This document shows, piece by piece, positions 61,863 through 64,000 of a stretch of 64,000 nucleotides of DNA (position 1 is the first letter of the stretch; every line of letters starts with the position of its first letter). The DNA comes from Adineta vaga (lineage: Eukaryota; Animalia; Rotifera), in the NCBI GenBank assembly GCA_021613535.1, contig CP075495.1, positions 8,866,001-8,930,000 on the forward strand. The letters run 5' to 3'. The translations under genes and the position numbers were made by a program. The notes beneath the pieces are model-generated. The model was not told where the DNA came from. It did no database searches and saw nothing but the letters and a program-made list of their open reading frames with translations.

Positions 61863-62071
61863 GTATGTATTTGACAAGTGAACTTCATCGTTTTGATCTT
61901 TTTCTTTATCTATTATTTGCAAATAAGAGAAGAAGAGAAGAAAAAAAGGAACGAGAGCACCATGTCTTTGACAAACAATATACATTGTGTAGTAAAACAC
62001 AAGAGAGAAAAACGAGAGATAGAAAAAAACGAAATTTGTCAAAAGAGAAACTGTTCATAAACTGTTCACGA

Positions 62072-62964
62072 TTAAACCGCTGCGCCCGTATCATTTATTG
62101 ATGTTGTTGTAGTTACTGGAACATTAGTTGTTGTATTTGACATTTGACCACCTGGTAAAAGTGCAGTATTAGGCGCAAGAATTTTACGTAAAAATTCATC
62201 TCGAAGACAACCTTGAACAAATTCATTTCGATGAACAACATCTATTATAAATAAACAAATGAAAAGCGAAGCTTTTTCTTTCATATCGAAGACACGAACT
62301 GACCATCTTTATCTTTATTTAAACGTTGCATAATCAAATCAACACGTTTATCGGGTGATTTATCACCACTACGATCTTCTTCATTAGCTAAATCATACAT
62401 AGCTTCGATGATTTTGGTCATATCTTTTCGATTAATTTCTCCATCTTTATTTTGATCTAAAATTTTTCAAATCAGAAAGAATTAACATCGAATGTAAATC
62501 TTACCATAGATATCGAACGCCATTTTTAGTTTTTCTTCGAGATTTCCGTGTTGAGATACTCCAACAGCGAGTCTATGAAAAATAGAATATCAACAATTGA
62601 AGATTCTCTCGATTGATGATGACTACTTACAAAAATTCAGTAAAATCAATCCAATTATTATTATCTACATCGAATGCTTTGAATACAAAATTACAGTATT
62701 TATCCGCTTTACCCTCCGGATAAAATTTCTAAGAGAAAAAGATATCAATGAAAGATTAATATCATTTGAATATTTACATACCTTATAAACATTAAGAAAT
62801 TGTTTCTTGTCAAGTTTACCCGACGGACAATCTTTTAGAAAACCTGTATGCCATGCTTGAATTTCTTCTTCACTATATTGTGTATTTAATTTTAATATTC
62901 GAATATCTTCATCAGTTAATATCGTAGGGTCTTTTTTTCCTTTACCGCTGGCTTTATTTCCCAT
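62072..62964 (-). CDS. Neuronal calcium sensor (neurocalcin/NCS-2-like) protein B, 5 coding exons
   Basis: MGNKAS, GFLKDCPSGKL, KFYPEGKADKYC.FVFKAFD, KLKMAFDIY|DQNKDGEI and EFVQGCLRD; extended T-rich tail. Confidence 0.92.
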
Positions 62965-64000
62965 AATTGTTTAACAAAAGAAATTATCTAAAACTATAAT
63001 ATTTTTCTCTTTCCTTTTCTGTTCTTTCTTTCATAGATAAAAATAAACTATACACACATCTTTATTACGAACATGTAAATATAAATCGTCAAGGTAGATA
63101 TAATATAAACAAATAAGACATACGGTTTGAAGTTTTCTTTTTTTCCTGAATCGAACATTTGTTAGGACGTCAGATTGTGTACAAGTCATTTACAGGCTAA
63201 AATAGCTATGCACAAAGTGTGCGACAAAAAAAATCGTTATAGCGAGTCTCGCGTGCACAACACATAAAGATGAAGAAAAGAAAAGAGCGTAGAAGAAGCG
63301 CATACATACACACGGAAAGAGGGAGAAAGAGAGCGAGAGAAAAAAGAAACAAGCGAGCGAGCGAGCGCGTAACGAACAAGTAAAAAAGAGAAATATTAAA
63401 ACCTTGTATATGTATTCAGCGTGGCAATAGTTGTGTTCTATACATATGAGGATTGTGGTTTGGTATGCGAGAGGTTGTACGCTGTGCATATGTATTACGC
63501 TCTTCTCTATTCTTTTTTCTCTCTCTACAGCGGCAGCAATGGATGAACATATCATAAGAATAAAAGTAAAACGAATGAAACGAAGTCAAAAGCGATAAAA
63601 AGAAAAGAATGAAAACTAAAAAATACTTCCTCTTCATATCGACCCAGAAAGATTATGTGTCAAAATAAGGATTTTCTTTTTCTTCCTCTCTTTTTTGTTG
63701 TTTCATATCGAATAGCTTGACCTTCTTGGGAATACTGATCATACTTGAGTAAAGAAGACGTTGCCCTTTTTACTTGTAAGCAATTCTTACCAGAGTCAGT
63801 TACACTAACAAAAAAAATGTTGTTATACTTCATACAAACATTGAAGATAACAATGCATATTCTGTTTTTTTTCTTTCTCTTTCGTTCGTATACGAGTATT
63901 TGTTTATGTGACAGTGTTTATTTGATCAGTACCAACATCAACGGTTGAAGGATCTTGATAAGAATAGTTCTATTCTTTCCACTTCCGTACATACATCTGA

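Noticed and set aside
63190-63637. ORFs upstream of NCS gene B
   Set aside because: Derived from GA/GC-repeat promoter-like sequence with no recognisable domain.

Overview
Eukaryotic, strongly AT-rich, gene-dense genomic DNA with many short (about 48-65 nt) GT-AG introns. The gene content, intron size and an intronless B-box/coiled-coil/propeller family suggest a bdelloid rotifer (inference). I reconstructed about 23 protein-coding genes by hand. In order: the 3' end of an unknown gene, MEX3 (no RING), a DDX60-like DExH helicase, an MPPE1-like metallophosphoesterase, EDRF1, NIT2, an OGFR-domain gene, an IGFBP7/KAZALD1-like gene, two tandem amidated neuropeptide precursors, CHD3/4/5 (Mi-2), a divergent orphan GPCR, GNB5, WDR92, an RGG-rich multi-exon disordered protein, ELP3, MVB12, two orphan genes, two neuronal calcium sensors, two B-box paralogues and the first coding exon of FAM184. 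Most notable: the neuropeptide pair ending LLRW-G* and PFKY-G* (the second visible only after splicing), a calcium-sensor gene apparently nested antisense in FAM184 intron 1, phase-symmetric RGG micro-exons, operon-like same-strand packing, and four apparent single-base frameshifts (three in homopolymer runs, likely assembly errors). I recognised no rRNA, tRNA, CRISPR array or intact transposon. Boundaries were read by eye and may be off by a few bases.
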